Assembly (NCBI RefSeq): GCF_004376175.1
Contig: NZ_SNUY01000002.1
Coordinates: forward strand, 108,325-140,324
Direction: 5' to 3'
DNA: 32,000 bases
Origin: Halalkalibacterium halodurans
Lineage (GTDB): Bacteria > Bacillota > Bacilli > Bacillales > Bacillaceae_D
The notes beneath the pieces were generated by a model, which saw only the letters and a list, made by a program, of their open reading frames with translations, was not told where the DNA came from and ran no database searches. Every line of letters starts with the position of its first letter. The stretch's first letter is position 1. Positions 23,662-32,000 of this stretch are shown here, one piece after another. The position numbers and the translations under genes are program-made.

Positions 23662-24240
23662 CTAAACGGTTGATCTTGTTTCACTATCGACAGCTTTAAG
23701 CTTTCCATCCTCTTCAATAAAGCCGTCTTCTAGTCGGGTGAGCGCAGTTTCGAACATGTCAATAAAATCAGGCCCATAAACATGGCGCACGATGCTCAAC
23801 AGCTCGGAAAATTCAGGGAACTTTCCATAAAGGTCTTTGATTGGCAATGCCCCACCATACACACTGTAAGTGGACGGTTTATACGCTTCTAAAGTTTCGA
23901 GAAACAACTCTCTACCTTGTTCTGTTAAATCAACATACGTGTTTCGCTTATCATGCTCACGTTTTGAAAACGTTAAGAGGCCGCGTTCCTCTAATTTTTT
24001 TGAAAAGTTAAATGCTGTTGACACATGCATGACACCAAATTTAGCAATGTCCGAAATGGAAGCTCCATCAAGGTGATAGGTGATCCAAAGGATATGGTGC
24101 TCATTGATGTTCAAGTTAAACGGTTTAATCCATGTTTGCCAATCTTTCTCGACAGACTTCCACAACGCTTTGCTGAGCTGAGCAAACTTATGACTAAAGA
24201 TGATCGACTGTTTTAAGGAGTAAGCTGTTTGTTGCTCCAT
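23662..24240 (-). CDS. hpr: MarR-type transition-state regulator Hpr (ScoC)
   Basis: 192 aa. The segment [70 protein letters not shown] is nearly identical to B. subtilis Hpr as remembered. Synteny with yhaH and serC agrees. Confidence 0.9.
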   Translation of the reverse strand: MEQQTAYSLKQSIIFSHKFAQLSKALWKSVEKDWQTWIKPFNLNINEHHILWITYHLDGASISDIAKFGVMHVSTAFNFSKKLEERGLLTFSKREHDKRNTYVDLTEQGRELFLETLEAYKPSTYSVYGGALPIKDLYGKFPEFSELLSIVRHVYGPDFIDMFETALTRLEDGFIEEDGKLKAVDSETRSTV

Positions 24241-24420
24241 GGTTCTCCTCCCATACTCGAAAATTCTGTCTTCTCTCTTTATCTTGTCTTTTAGGAAAGC
24301 TTCATCATTTTAGAAAATTATTTTCGGATACTTTTATGATTTCTATTATAGCAAAAATAAAAAGGATTTAAATAATTTTTTAAAAAATTCTAAATTCTAT
24401 TCATTGGCATAATACAGATC

Positions 24421-24448
24421 AAAAGAAAGCAGCTACGAGGAGCTGCTT
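24421..24448 (-). terminator. intrinsic terminator of the yhaH-like gene
   Basis: On the minus strand, AAGCAGCT / AGCTGCTT form an 8-bp stem (plus-strand 24427-34 and 24441-48), followed by TCTTTTG. Confidence 0.65.
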
Positions 24449-24489
24449 CACCTTATTTGACGATGTAAAGGATCAAAGTGATGTTCTGG

Positions 24490-24834
24490 CTATTGCTCCG
24501 TTCTCACGGAAACAGCCTTTTGTAACTGCTCAATATCATCCTTGAGCTTTTGCAAGGAAGGGTCCACGTCTTCTTTCCATTGGTCAAGAGACGTTTTGAT
24601 TTCAGGCCCAACGGTTTTCAACGCTTCAGAAGTTATCTTGGAAGTTTTGTTTATTCTATCCTTTAATTGGATTCCGTCATGCTTCATTTGCTCTAGTGAT
24701 TGCTGCAAGGAACGACCTTTTGCCTTACACTTTTTCTGCAGTTCTTTACCTGATGTAGGTGCAATCAACAACGTTGCAATACTAGCGAGGATAGCCCCTG
24801 TCAGGGCGCCGTAAAAAAATGGCCTAATCTTCAC
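24490..24834 (-). CDS. yhaH: YtxH-domain protein (YhaH-like)
   Basis: GTG 24834 follows GTGAGGTG with 7-nt spacing. The track start GTG 24849 lies inside that RBS. The protein has an N-terminal TM segment and then the G(K/R)E(L/T) coiled-coil region typical of the YtxH family. Position next to hpr matches B. subtilis. Confidence 0.75.
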   Translation of the reverse strand: MKIRPFFYGALTGAILASIATLLIAPTSGKELQKKCKAKGRSLQQSLEQMKHDGIQLKDRINKTSKITSEALKTVGPEIKTSLDQWKEDVDPSLQKLKDDIEQLQKAVSVRTEQ

Positions 24835-24914
24835 GAAACAACACCTCACTTAAATTAGAGTCATGAATTCCCTTATGTTCACATATAAGTGATAGGAAAA
24901 AGGAGGAAAATCAC

Positions 24915-25106
24915 ATGGACGCGCTCATTTTATTTCTTTTTTCTGTTTCGCTTTTATCTATATATGCCTTTTTACACACCTTGTATTTAATCGCAAAAGA
25001 TAAGAAGCAACGAGAGCAGTGGAAAGTAAGGGCATGGATCGTACTATTCGTCTTTCTTACGAGTGGAGCGTGTGCCTACTTTCTCATCCAGCTGAGATTT
25101 TCCTAA
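24915..25106 (+). CDS. small two-TM membrane protein (63 aa)
   Basis: Strong RBS AAAGGAGGAAAA 7 nt upstream. Two hydrophobic segments are separated by KDKKQREQWKVR. Confidence 0.55.
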   Translation: MDALILFLFSVSLLSIYAFLHTLYLIAKDKKQREQWKVRAWIVLFVFLTSGACAYFLIQLRFS

Positions 25107-25112
25107 GACGGT

Positions 25113-26198
25113 CTAGCGGTGCGTTTGATAAAACGAATGCATGAAGTCAGCCAACGCTTCACAGGCTTCTACTGGTACGCCATTATAAATGGAAGCGCGA
25201 CATCCACCGACTGAACGATGTCCATTTAAGCCGACAAACCCTTTTTCTTTTGCTTCTGATAAAAACTGTTGGGTCAGCTCTTCGGTAGGCAGTGTAAAGG
25301 TCACGTTCATTAAAGATCGGCTCTCTTTAGTCGCATGCCCTTTGTAGAACTGTTCGCTTTCATCAATCGCACCATAGATGAGGTTGGCTTTTGTCTGATT
25401 TCGTTCAGCAATCTGCTCGGTTCCACCGATGTTTTTCAACCATTGAAGTACTTCTTTTAACATATAAATACCAAAGGTTGGTGGCGTGTTGTATAGCGAC
25501 TGTTTCTCCGCATGTGTTTGATAACGGAGCATGGTTGGGACGTGATCAACGTTTCGCTTTAGCAATTCCTTGCGAATAATAACGACTGTTACACCAGATG
25601 GACCGAGATTCTTTTGCGCTCCAGCGTAAATCAGATCAAAATTTTTGACTGGAAGCGGCCGTGATAAAATATCACTAGACATATCCACAATAAGAGGTGC
25701 ATGGCTAACGGATGGAAATGTGTGCCATTGCGTGCCGAAAATCGTATTGTTTGATGTCAAATGAACATAGCTGTCATGCTCATTGTACTGAAGCGATGAT
25801 ATATCAGGGATAAACGTATAGTTTGATTCCTTTGCTGAACCAGCGATAGCAGTTTTTCCGATAAACTTCGCTTCTTTTAATGCTTTTTCAGACCAAGAAC
25901 CGGTTAGAATATAGTTGGCAACCTTTCCCTCATCTAAAAAATTCAGTGGAATCATCGCAAATTGGAGGCTGGCCCCTCCTTGTAAAAACAGAACATCATA
26001 ATCTTCAGGGATGTTTAATAAATCACGTAATAAATGAGCTGCTGTATGATGAACGTTTTCGTACTCTTTGCTCCGATGGCTTAACTCCATTACCGACATG
26101 CCCGTGTTTTCAAAGTCCAACAACTCGCTTTGGGCTTTTTCAAGAACCTCCGTCGGTAAAGCTGATGGACCAGCATTGAAATTGTATGCTCGCTTCAC
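25113..26198 (-). CDS. serC: phosphoserine aminotransferase SerC
   Basis: GTG 26198 lies 8 nt after AAAGGAG, and the track start 26207 overlaps the RBS. The N-terminus YNFNAGPSALPTEVLEKAQSELLDFENTGMSVMELSHRSKEY matches the SerC family. The PLP-lysine context is AGAQKNLGPSG. Confidence 0.9.
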   Translation of the reverse strand: MKRAYNFNAGPSALPTEVLEKAQSELLDFENTGMSVMELSHRSKEYENVHHTAAHLLRDLLNIPEDYDVLFLQGGASLQFAMIPLNFLDEGKVANYILTGSWSEKALKEAKFIGKTAIAGSAKESNYTFIPDISSLQYNEHDSYVHLTSNNTIFGTQWHTFPSVSHAPLIVDMSSDILSRPLPVKNFDLIYAGAQKNLGPSGVTVVIIRKELLKRNVDHVPTMLRYQTHAEKQSLYNTPPTFGIYMLKEVLQWLKNIGGTEQIAERNQTKANLIYGAIDESEQFYKGHATKESRSLMNVTFTLPTEELTQQFLSEAKEKGFVGLNGHRSVGGCRASIYNGVPVEACEALADFMHSFYQTHR

Positions 26199-26341
26199 GC
26201 TCTCCACTCCTTTAACTCTTTCCCCTATTAAAGATTATATTTTATGTTTTATATCGTAACATGAATCATTCATTACGCCCACTAGAATTTTTTCATTCCG
26301 ATAAATGAAATAAAAAAGGGAGGGAAAGGATGTCTTTCCTA

Positions 26342-26770
26342 TTACAGATGTTCACGTATGGATGAGGATAATACTTGTAGATCATCTCCCGAATATTGAC
26401 TACTATGATCTTTCCAAACAGCCCCATATCCGTCTCCTTCACCATATCGTGGAAGAAGATGAAGATGATAATGGAAAACCGTTTGTCCAGCCGCCTCCCC
26501 GTTATTATTGACAATATTCATTCCAATGGGTTGAAAGGCATCATTAATCGCGCGGCTAATTTTTGGTACCGCTGCAAATAGTGAGCTGGCTATTTCTTCA
26601 GATAGCTCAAACACATTCCGCTTATGTACTTTAGGAATGACGAGCGTATGACCTTTTGTAACTTGGCTAATATCGAGAAAGGCATAGACGTGGTCGTCCT
26701 CATATACGGTTGCAGAAGGAATTTCTCCGGCAATGATCTTGCAAAAAATACAATTTGGATCGTGGCTCAT
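26342..26770 (-). CDS. hit: HIT-family nucleotide hydrolase
   Basis: ATG 26770 follows GGGAGGGTG, and the track GTG start lies within the RBS. It has the CIFCKI motif and the histidine triad HYHLHLLP. Position between serC and ecsA matches B. subtilis. Confidence 0.9.
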   Translation of the reverse strand: MSHDPNCIFCKIIAGEIPSATVYEDDHVYAFLDISQVTKGHTLVIPKVHKRNVFELSEEIASSLFAAVPKISRAINDAFQPIGMNIVNNNGEAAGQTVFHYHLHLLPRYGEGDGYGAVWKDHSSQYSGDDLQVLSSSIREHL

Positions 26771-26950
26771 TGTGCACACACCCTCCCATGTTTGTTTCTT
26801 TTAGAATAACGATAGAAGGAAAAGGTTTCAAGTCGTCCTTCAGTATCCTAAGATTGGACGAGCGGTAACATTCACAATATTGTAATGTTAAGAGTGGGGG
26901 GGGACGTGCTATAATGCTTAAAGATGCTAGAAAAAAGAGGTGACATACGG

Positions 26951-27445
26951 ATGAAACGTTTACCGATGTTATTCATAACAGCGAGCTTAGGCTTTGCCCT
27001 TGTTGGCTGTCAAACTGATGACCATTCAGAGTATTCACAAGTTGACCATTCCTTGATGATGGGAGATATTCAGGAAGAAACGTCTTCTAAGGATGTTTTA
27101 CCTGTCTTTTTAGATGAGTATGCTGAAGTCATTCAAACCATATATGCCGAAGTCCCTTATTACAGAGAGCTACTCGAGACGATGCCCTGTTATTGTGGCT
27201 GCGGGGAATCTGTAGGCCACCGTAGCAGCTATGATTGCTTTGTAGCAGAGCATTCGGACGATGGGCCGTTCACGTGGGATGACCACGGGGCTAAATGTGG
27301 TGTTTGTCTAGAGATAGCGAATACTGCGATGCATCTCTTAGACGAAGGCAAGGATCCCGAAGACATTCGCAACCTGATCGATGAACAATATAAAGATGGA
27401 TATGCACCGCCTACCGATACACCGATGCCAGGGGACAAAATCTAA
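26951..27445 (+). CDS. lipoprotein with a PCYCGC motif (function unknown)
   Basis: AAGAGGTGA RBS and lipobox MKRLPMLFITASLGFALVGC. The motif is PCYCGCGESVGH, with later cysteines at CF and CGVC. Confidence 0.75.
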   Translation: MKRLPMLFITASLGFALVGCQTDDHSEYSQVDHSLMMGDIQEETSSKDVLPVFLDEYAEVIQTIYAEVPYYRELLETMPCYCGCGESVGHRSSYDCFVAEHSDDGPFTWDDHGAKCGVCLEIANTAMHLLDEGKDPEDIRNLIDEQYKDGYAPPTDTPMPGDKI

Positions 27446-27464
27446 AGAAGGTTTTGTCTTTTTT
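27434..27464 (+). terminator. weak AT-rich terminator after the PCYCGC gene
   Basis: GACAAAA (27434-27440) / TTTTGTC (27452-27458), then TTTTTT (27459-27464). Confidence 0.45.
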
Positions 27465-27508
27465 CTTTCTCAACATTAGCAATGATCTAAGTTTTTTTGA
27501 TTAGAGTG

Positions 27509-27537
27509 TTGAAAGAAGCGATGTGACATTCTATAAA
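27509..27537 (+). promoter_or_regulatory. candidate sigma-A promoter of ecsABC
   Basis: TTGAAA (27509-27514), 17-nt spacer, TATAAA (27532-27537). Confidence 0.5.
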
Positions 27538-27603
27538 AAAGAAAAAGAAGTAGTCAACGAAAGGAAGGATTTGGTACGATGATATATGAAGGAGGTAAGG
27601 GAA

Positions 27604-28347
27604 ATGGAAGAAAGAGTCGTTGTGGAAGGATTAACTGGAGGGTATCGCCCGAACAAACCAGTGCTTCACGATCTTCATTTAAAAATCCGTGCTAATGAAC
27701 TTGTCGGATTGATTGGATTAAATGGGGCGGGGAAGAGCACCACAATTAAACATATTCTCGGTCTCATGGAACCACATAAAGGGTCTGTTATGATTAATGG
27801 AAATACAATCACGACAGATCGTGAAACCTATCGTCGCTCTCTTGCGTACATACCAGAAACACCAATTTTATATGAGGAACTCACGTTGTGGGAACATATG
27901 GAGCTTACTGCACTTGCTTACGGAATTGAGCGGAAGCCCTTTGAGGAACGATCTAAGTTGCTGTTAGATGAGTTCCGAATGACAAAAATGAAACATTGGT
28001 ATCCGAGTCATTTTTCAAAGGGGATGCGGCAAAAGGTAATGATCATTTGCGCCTTTTTAATTGATCCTCCAGTGTACATTGTCGATGAACCTATTGTTGG
28101 ATTGGACCCGATCGGTATTCAGTCATTTTTACAATTGCTTGCAACAAAAAAGAAAAACGGTGCAGCAGTGTTAATGTCTACTCATATTTTGGCGACAGCT
28201 GAACGGTATTGTGATCGATTTATTATATTAAATAGAGGTCGAATCGTTCTTGAAGGGACATTGGAGTCAATGAGAGCCGAATTGAACATGCCAGATGCCA
28301 CGCTTGATGATATTTATATCGAGATGACAAAGGAAGAGAGCCAATGA
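27604..28347 (+). CDS. ecsA: ABC transporter ATP-binding protein EcsA
   Basis: ATG 27604 lies 7 nt after GAAGGAGGT, giving 247 aa. LTGGY, GLIGLNGAGKSTTIKHILGLMEPHKGS, and MSTHILATAERYCDRFIIL closely match B. subtilis EcsA as remembered. Confidence 0.9.
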   Translation: MEERVVVEGLTGGYRPNKPVLHDLHLKIRANELVGLIGLNGAGKSTTIKHILGLMEPHKGSVMINGNTITTDRETYRRSLAYIPETPILYEELTLWEHMELTALAYGIERKPFEERSKLLLDEFRMTKMKHWYPSHFSKGMRQKVMIICAFLIDPPVYIVDEPIVGLDPIGIQSFLQLLATKKKNGAAVLMSTHILATAERYCDRFIILNRGRIVLEGTLESMRAELNMPDATLDDIYIEMTKEESQ

Positions 28348-29561
28348 CAGAAGGCATTCAATTATGGAAAAAACGAGCGGTTGGCTATTGGACGGAAGCG
28401 AGCCGATATTTACGACTAATCGCGAACAGTGGTTTTTTGTTTACGCTCTATCTCCTCTTCATCATTGGTAGCTACTATTATAGCGTACTTCTGAAATGGC
28501 TCCCGCCTACGTTTCCGGCGGTACCGTTGTTTGTTGTCGTGTTTACAGTGCTGCTCACCCGAGGTTCCGTTCGTACGTTTCTTAAAGAAGGAGATACTGT
28601 CTTTCTCCTCGCATATGAAGCGAGACTCGATGACTATTTTCGTCGCTCCATTGTCTATTCGTTTTTTATGCAAGCCGGTTTAATGAGCCTCGTGTTTCTT
28701 CTTCTTGGGCCAATGATTTTTCAATATTTACAGCTCGGAAGTGGGAGCTTTTGGACGATCTTGCTTGCATTGCTTGCTATTAAGTTCCTAAACTTGTTAA
28801 TGAACTGGGAAGAACAGCGATTACCGGCGCGTGTGTATCGCATTCAGCATATGTGCCTTAGAATGATCATTAACGGGGTGTTCACGTTTTTATTGTTTGT
28901 CCAAGCCCAGCTCTTTCTTGTTGCAGCGATCATCATTTTAATGGTCGTCGTATACTGGATGTATTACAGAGGATTTGCTAGCAAGCACAGCTTAAAATGG
29001 GATCACCTTGTGGAAGAGGAGCAACGAATGGTGACATTATTTTATCGTGTCGCTAACATGTTTGCCGATGTACCGAAGCTCAAACAGAGGGTAAAGGCTA
29101 GACGTTATGCGAAAGGTTTTGCTCGCTTCTTATCAGGAAATGACAAAGGGACGTATGAATATTTGTTCGCTCGTTCATTTGTTCGTTCCAATGATTATTT
29201 CGGTATCTACCTACGCCTTACGATCGTGGCGATGATTTTAATGGCTGGATTACCTGGCGGATGGTTGAAGCTGGTGGTTAATCTGCTCTTTGTCTATATC
29301 GTCGCTTTGCAACTATCCACTTTGAGTAACCATTACAAAACCAATCAAATGGTTGATTTGTATCCGGTTCACGGTGATGAGCGCTCTGGTGCGTTTTCCT
29401 TCGTCCTGTTTCGCTTACTCATCATTCATGTTCTCGTCAGCGGACTCGTGTTAATCATGACAACGACGATTTCCTATGGACTTCTTGGCCTCACCATTGG
29501 GCTTGGTTTTAGTTACATGTACAGTCATCGTTTGGTCCATCGACAAAAGAAATTCGCATAA
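28344..29561 (+). CDS. ecsB: ABC transporter permease EcsB
   Basis: ATGA overlap with ecsA. It is 405 aa with about 8 TM segments. Size and order match the ecs operon. Confidence 0.85.
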   Translation: MTEGIQLWKKRAVGYWTEASRYLRLIANSGFLFTLYLLFIIGSYYYSVLLKWLPPTFPAVPLFVVVFTVLLTRGSVRTFLKEGDTVFLLAYEARLDDYFRRSIVYSFFMQAGLMSLVFLLLGPMIFQYLQLGSGSFWTILLALLAIKFLNLLMNWEEQRLPARVYRIQHMCLRMIINGVFTFLLFVQAQLFLVAAIIILMVVVYWMYYRGFASKHSLKWDHLVEEEQRMVTLFYRVANMFADVPKLKQRVKARRYAKGFARFLSGNDKGTYEYLFARSFVRSNDYFGIYLRLTIVAMILMAGLPGGWLKLVVNLLFVYIVALQLSTLSNHYKTNQMVDLYPVHGDERSGAFSFVLFRLLIIHVLVSGLVLIMTTTISYGLLGLTIGLGFSYMYSHRLVHRQKKFA

Positions 29562-29615
29562 AAGGAGAGATGGCTGCATGGAATGGGTATTGAATAGGGG
29601 AAAGAGGGTGATGAC

Positions 29616-30365
29616 TTGACGACCTACGAAGAACAAATCCAAGAAGAGTTGTCGCGCTGGAAACGGAAAATGCTGAAACGCCCATCAATGACAGGTCGGT
29701 ACGCCAAAAAGGTACAAGGGAAATTAAATGAACTAGTACCGAATAAAGTTCATGAGGTTGTCTCCACAAGTGTGCGCAATATGGTGCAAGCCACGATTAT
29801 TGGATCAGATTTTACGGCAAAATACCGTCCTGTTTTGGAAGGCTCGCTTGAGGAACGAGAGACGCGGATTGATGAAGTGATTGCGAAGTATAAAAAAACG
29901 GCAGCTGCAGAAGGCGCTGGAACTGGAGCGGGTGGTATTCTACTCGGACTTGCAGACTTTCCTTTGTTGCTCGGAATCAAAATGAATCTGTTGTTTGAGG
30001 TCGCTTCCAACTATGGATTCGATGTTCGAGATTACCGAGAGCGACTGTTCTTGCTTCACGTGTTTCAGTTAGCTTTTTCAAAGGATGAGAAGCGCCGGCT
30101 AGTGTTTGAGCGAGTGGAAGTGTGGGAAGAGACGCTTGATCAATTCCCAAATCGAAAAGAATATTTAAAAGAGGTTGATTGGAAAACGTTCCAGCTTGAG
30201 TACAGGGATTATATTGATTTGCCGAAAATGCTTCAACTGATCCCTGGGTTCGGTGCCATCGTCGGTGCGACCGCCAATTACCGCTTTTTAGATCTGTTAG
30301 GCGAAACCGCAAAGCAATGCTATCGAATGCGATTGCTCCATGAGCACTCCTTACAGAAACAATAA
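29616..30365 (+). CDS. ecsC: EcsC-family protein
   Basis: TTG start after AGAGGGTGA, 249 aa. It has the glycine-rich AAEGAGTGAGGILLGLADFPLLL segment typical of the EcsC family and is the third gene of the operon. Confidence 0.8.
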   Translation: MTTYEEQIQEELSRWKRKMLKRPSMTGRYAKKVQGKLNELVPNKVHEVVSTSVRNMVQATIIGSDFTAKYRPVLEGSLEERETRIDEVIAKYKKTAAAEGAGTGAGGILLGLADFPLLLGIKMNLLFEVASNYGFDVRDYRERLFLLHVFQLAFSKDEKRRLVFERVEVWEETLDQFPNRKEYLKEVDWKTFQLEYRDYIDLPKMLQLIPGFGAIVGATANYRFLDLLGETAKQCYRMRLLHEHSLQKQ

Positions 30366-30380
30366 ACTTTATCCACATGA

Positions 30381-30430
30381 AAGAGGCTTTTCAGATGAGG
30401 TACGACCTCGGCTGAAATGCCTCTTTTTTT
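30381..30430. terminator. terminator between convergent ecsC and the ccdA-like gene
   Basis: AAGAGGC-TTTTCAG (30381-30394) pairs with CTGAAA-T-GCCTCTT (30412-30424), then a T-run to 30430 on the + strand. The T-run on the - strand is weaker. Confidence 0.75.
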
Positions 30431-30450
30431 ACTATAGGTTTTGCCACAAG

Positions 30451-31167
30451 CTATATACCGAATGGATTGAATCGTGCTAAATACGCGGCGATTGTTGAAA
30501 ATTGTCCTGTGAACAGGAGAACCCCTAGCGCTACCATAACGACACCGCTCCCTTTTTGAATCGTTGGTAACCATTTGTTCAGCTTGCGAACTTTATGCAA
30601 GGAACGGGACCAGAGAAGAGCGACAAGAAAAAATGGAATCGCGAGCCCCATGGAGTAAACAAACAACATGCTCATCCCAGACCACATCGTATTTGCGTCT
30701 CCAGCTAGTATAAGAATGGCACCTAATACAAGCCCGATACAAGGCGTCCATCCTGTAGCAAATAAAAACCCGATTAATACGGAGTTGGCAAAGCTGGCTG
30801 ATTGCCGTGGTTTTGCTTGCAACCTTTTTTCACTAAGCAACATCCGAATCGAAATAACTCCCATCATCTGTAAGCCAAAAACGGTTATGATAATTCCACC
30901 GATTTGTTCAAATAATTGCCGGTTTCCCCAAAAAAGTTGGCCGATAAAGGTGGATGAGGCTCCTAGAAAGATAAAGATCGATGTAAAGCCGAGAATAAAC
31001 CCAAGGCTACGCATTAAAATGAGCTTGCGATCAGCCGTAATCTCGTTCCCCGAAATTTGCGTACCGGTCAGTTGAGCTAAATAAACGGGCACGAGTGGGA
31101 AAACACACGGCGATAAAAAAGAAACCACTCCTGCAAAAAAAGCAAGCCATATTGTTACTTCAACCAT
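30451..31167 (-). CDS. ccdA: cytochrome c biogenesis / thiol-disulfide electron transporter CcdA (DsbD family)
   Basis: GGAGGTGA RBS, 238 aa with 6 TM segments. The motif LSPCVFPLVPVYL is in TM1, and a second conserved Cys is in TGWTPCIG. Confidence 0.85.
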   Translation of the reverse strand: MVEVTIWLAFFAGVVSFLSPCVFPLVPVYLAQLTGTQISGNEITADRKLILMRSLGFILGFTSIFIFLGASSTFIGQLFWGNRQLFEQIGGIIITVFGLQMMGVISIRMLLSEKRLQAKPRQSASFANSVLIGFLFATGWTPCIGLVLGAILILAGDANTMWSGMSMLFVYSMGLAIPFFLVALLWSRSLHKVRKLNKWLPTIQKGSGVVMVALGVLLFTGQFSTIAAYLARFNPFGI

Positions 31168-31470
31168 TCTTGTTCACCTCCAGACATGCCTAACACCAAG
31201 CTATGTTTCAATCGTACTACATATTCTATCATCTTTTCTTATTATATCGAAAGTTTGTACCCTCGGCTTGCGGCAAGGAAAACGTTCATAAAAAGGACAT
31301 AGGTCTGACGAGAGACTCAGACTCAAGGCGGAGAGAAAAACATTCTCTAGAGCGTTATCACCAATCCTTTCTTTTCCTAAACTAAATATAGTAAAAGCGG
31401 TAGTGTCAAAAGTTCTATGAAAAACTAGCACGGTTCATACTACCTACCATTTATTAGGTGGAAATGCCAC

Positions 31471-31621
31471 GCTATCGCTCTTGACAAACACACCAATGGT
31501 TTATTCAGAGGTCAATCAAGGGCGAAGGGAACAAAAGAAGGCATGCTAAATAAACCCTTGACTTTTTCCATTTTAAACCATTGGCAAGTTCGGTTTGTCA
31601 AGAGTTCGCTTCGCCGATAGC
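31471..31621. repeat. 151-bp imperfect palindrome downstream of the edge transposase gene
   Basis: Nested inverted blocks are GCTATCG 31471-77 / CGATAGC 31615-21, CTCTTGACAAAC 31478-89 / GTTTGTCAAGAG 31593-604, CCAATGGTTTA 31493-503 / TAAACCATTGG 31574-84, and GTCAA..AAGGG 31511-22 / CCCTTGAC 31555-62. Confidence 0.7.
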
Positions 31622-31646
31622 TGAATAGGGCTCAGCTAAACAAAAG

Positions 31647-32000
31647 TTAGGCTGACTGTTGTTGAATCCAGTCTTGAGCTAATCCAATAAGGGCTGTCCA
31701 CCTCGCTGGCATGGTTGGTAGCTTTTCTAATTCTGGAATTGTTACTGGCACTTTCCCTTCGAGTGAAGAATGTGGACGTAAGAAGTTAAAGTAAGCCACA
31801 AACAATGTCACAAAAGAAACAGATCCTTGTTCAGAACCAAAGCCGTGCGTCGATCGATAATTCCCTTTAAACGTGCGATTTAGTCTCTCGATGATTTGCT
31901 TGAGAGGTCGATACTCTCTAGAGACATCGTCTTCATTTGTTAGCCCGATGACCTGTTTTACGTCAAACGATATGTGGTTCTCTGCGAAGAAATGCTGTGC
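31647..32000 (-). CDS. DDE transposase (integrase-core-like C-terminus), 3' part only
   Basis: The minus-strand frame is open from the window edge to TAA (complement of 31647-49), 117 aa. It ends with IERLNRTFKGNYRSTHGFGSEQGSVSFVTLFVAYFNFLRPHSSLEGKVPV, the ERxNRT..YNxxRPH..L pattern of rve-type transposases. It is absent from the ORF track because it has no start in the window. Confidence 0.65.
   Translation of the reverse strand, partial: AQHFFAENHISFDVKQVIGLTNEDDVSREYRPLKQIIERLNRTFKGNYRSTHGFGSEQGSVSFVTLFVAYFNFLRPHSSLEGKVPVTIPELEKLPTMPARWTALIGLAQDWIQQQSA

Noticed and set aside
29977-31075. 133-aa ORF antisense to ecsC and 135-aa ORF antisense to ccdA
   Set aside because: They are shadow ORFs inside genes with clear family signatures.
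31201-31431. 76-aa (-) and 60-aa (+) ORFs upstream of ccdA
   Set aside because: Neither has an RBS or a recognisable motif, and they mirror each other. The region more likely holds the ccdA promoter (a possible TGA-TAGAAT extended -10 on the minus strand at 31223-31231).
1-32000. Search by eye for CRISPR arrays, tRNA/rRNA genes, riboswitch-like leaders, and toxin-antitoxin or phage-defence gene clusters
   Set aside because: I saw no regularly spaced direct repeats, no cloverleaf-like or rRNA-like segments, and no nuclease, helicase or methylase type ORFs. All long ORFs are accounted for by housekeeping, transport, regulatory or transposase functions.

Overview
This is a Bacillus-type Firmicute chromosomal segment, moderate GC by eye. 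It may come from an alkaliphile such as B. halodurans, but that is a guess from IS content and acidic exoproteins and no search was run. The gene order follows the B. subtilis yheJIH (bmrBCD), yhaQ-yhaP, yhaM-yhaL-prsA, and hpr-yhaH-serC-hit-ecsABC neighbourhood. Between yhaP and yhaM the backbone is interrupted by non-syntenic cargo: a mifM-like ORF with a yidC paralogue, a Pro/Tyr-rich protein, an IS, and a two-component system with an MFS pump. Two intact but divergent IS1182-family elements are present, neither with a target-site duplication, and a third partial transposase runs off the right edge. I saw no rRNA, tRNA, CRISPR array or recognisable defence or toxin island, so I cannot support a claim of a new multi-gene system. 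The observations most worth a second look are cis-regulatory or structural. (1) A MifM-type arrest-peptide ORF whose 3' codons are the exact complement of the yidC Shine-Dalgarno (12-bp stem). (2) A leader ORF plus intrinsic terminator ahead of the bmrCD-like exporter. (3) A 1-nt loss in an A-run that splits a ytrB-like ATPase gene. (4) An 11-14 bp hairpin occluding the yhaL ribosome-binding site. (5) Three copies of a 16-mer at the ends of IS copy 1, two of which form a terminator-like hairpin. (6) A 151-bp imperfect palindrome beside the edge transposase. Many ORF-track starts swallow their own ribosome-binding site, and I moved those to the downstream start codon.
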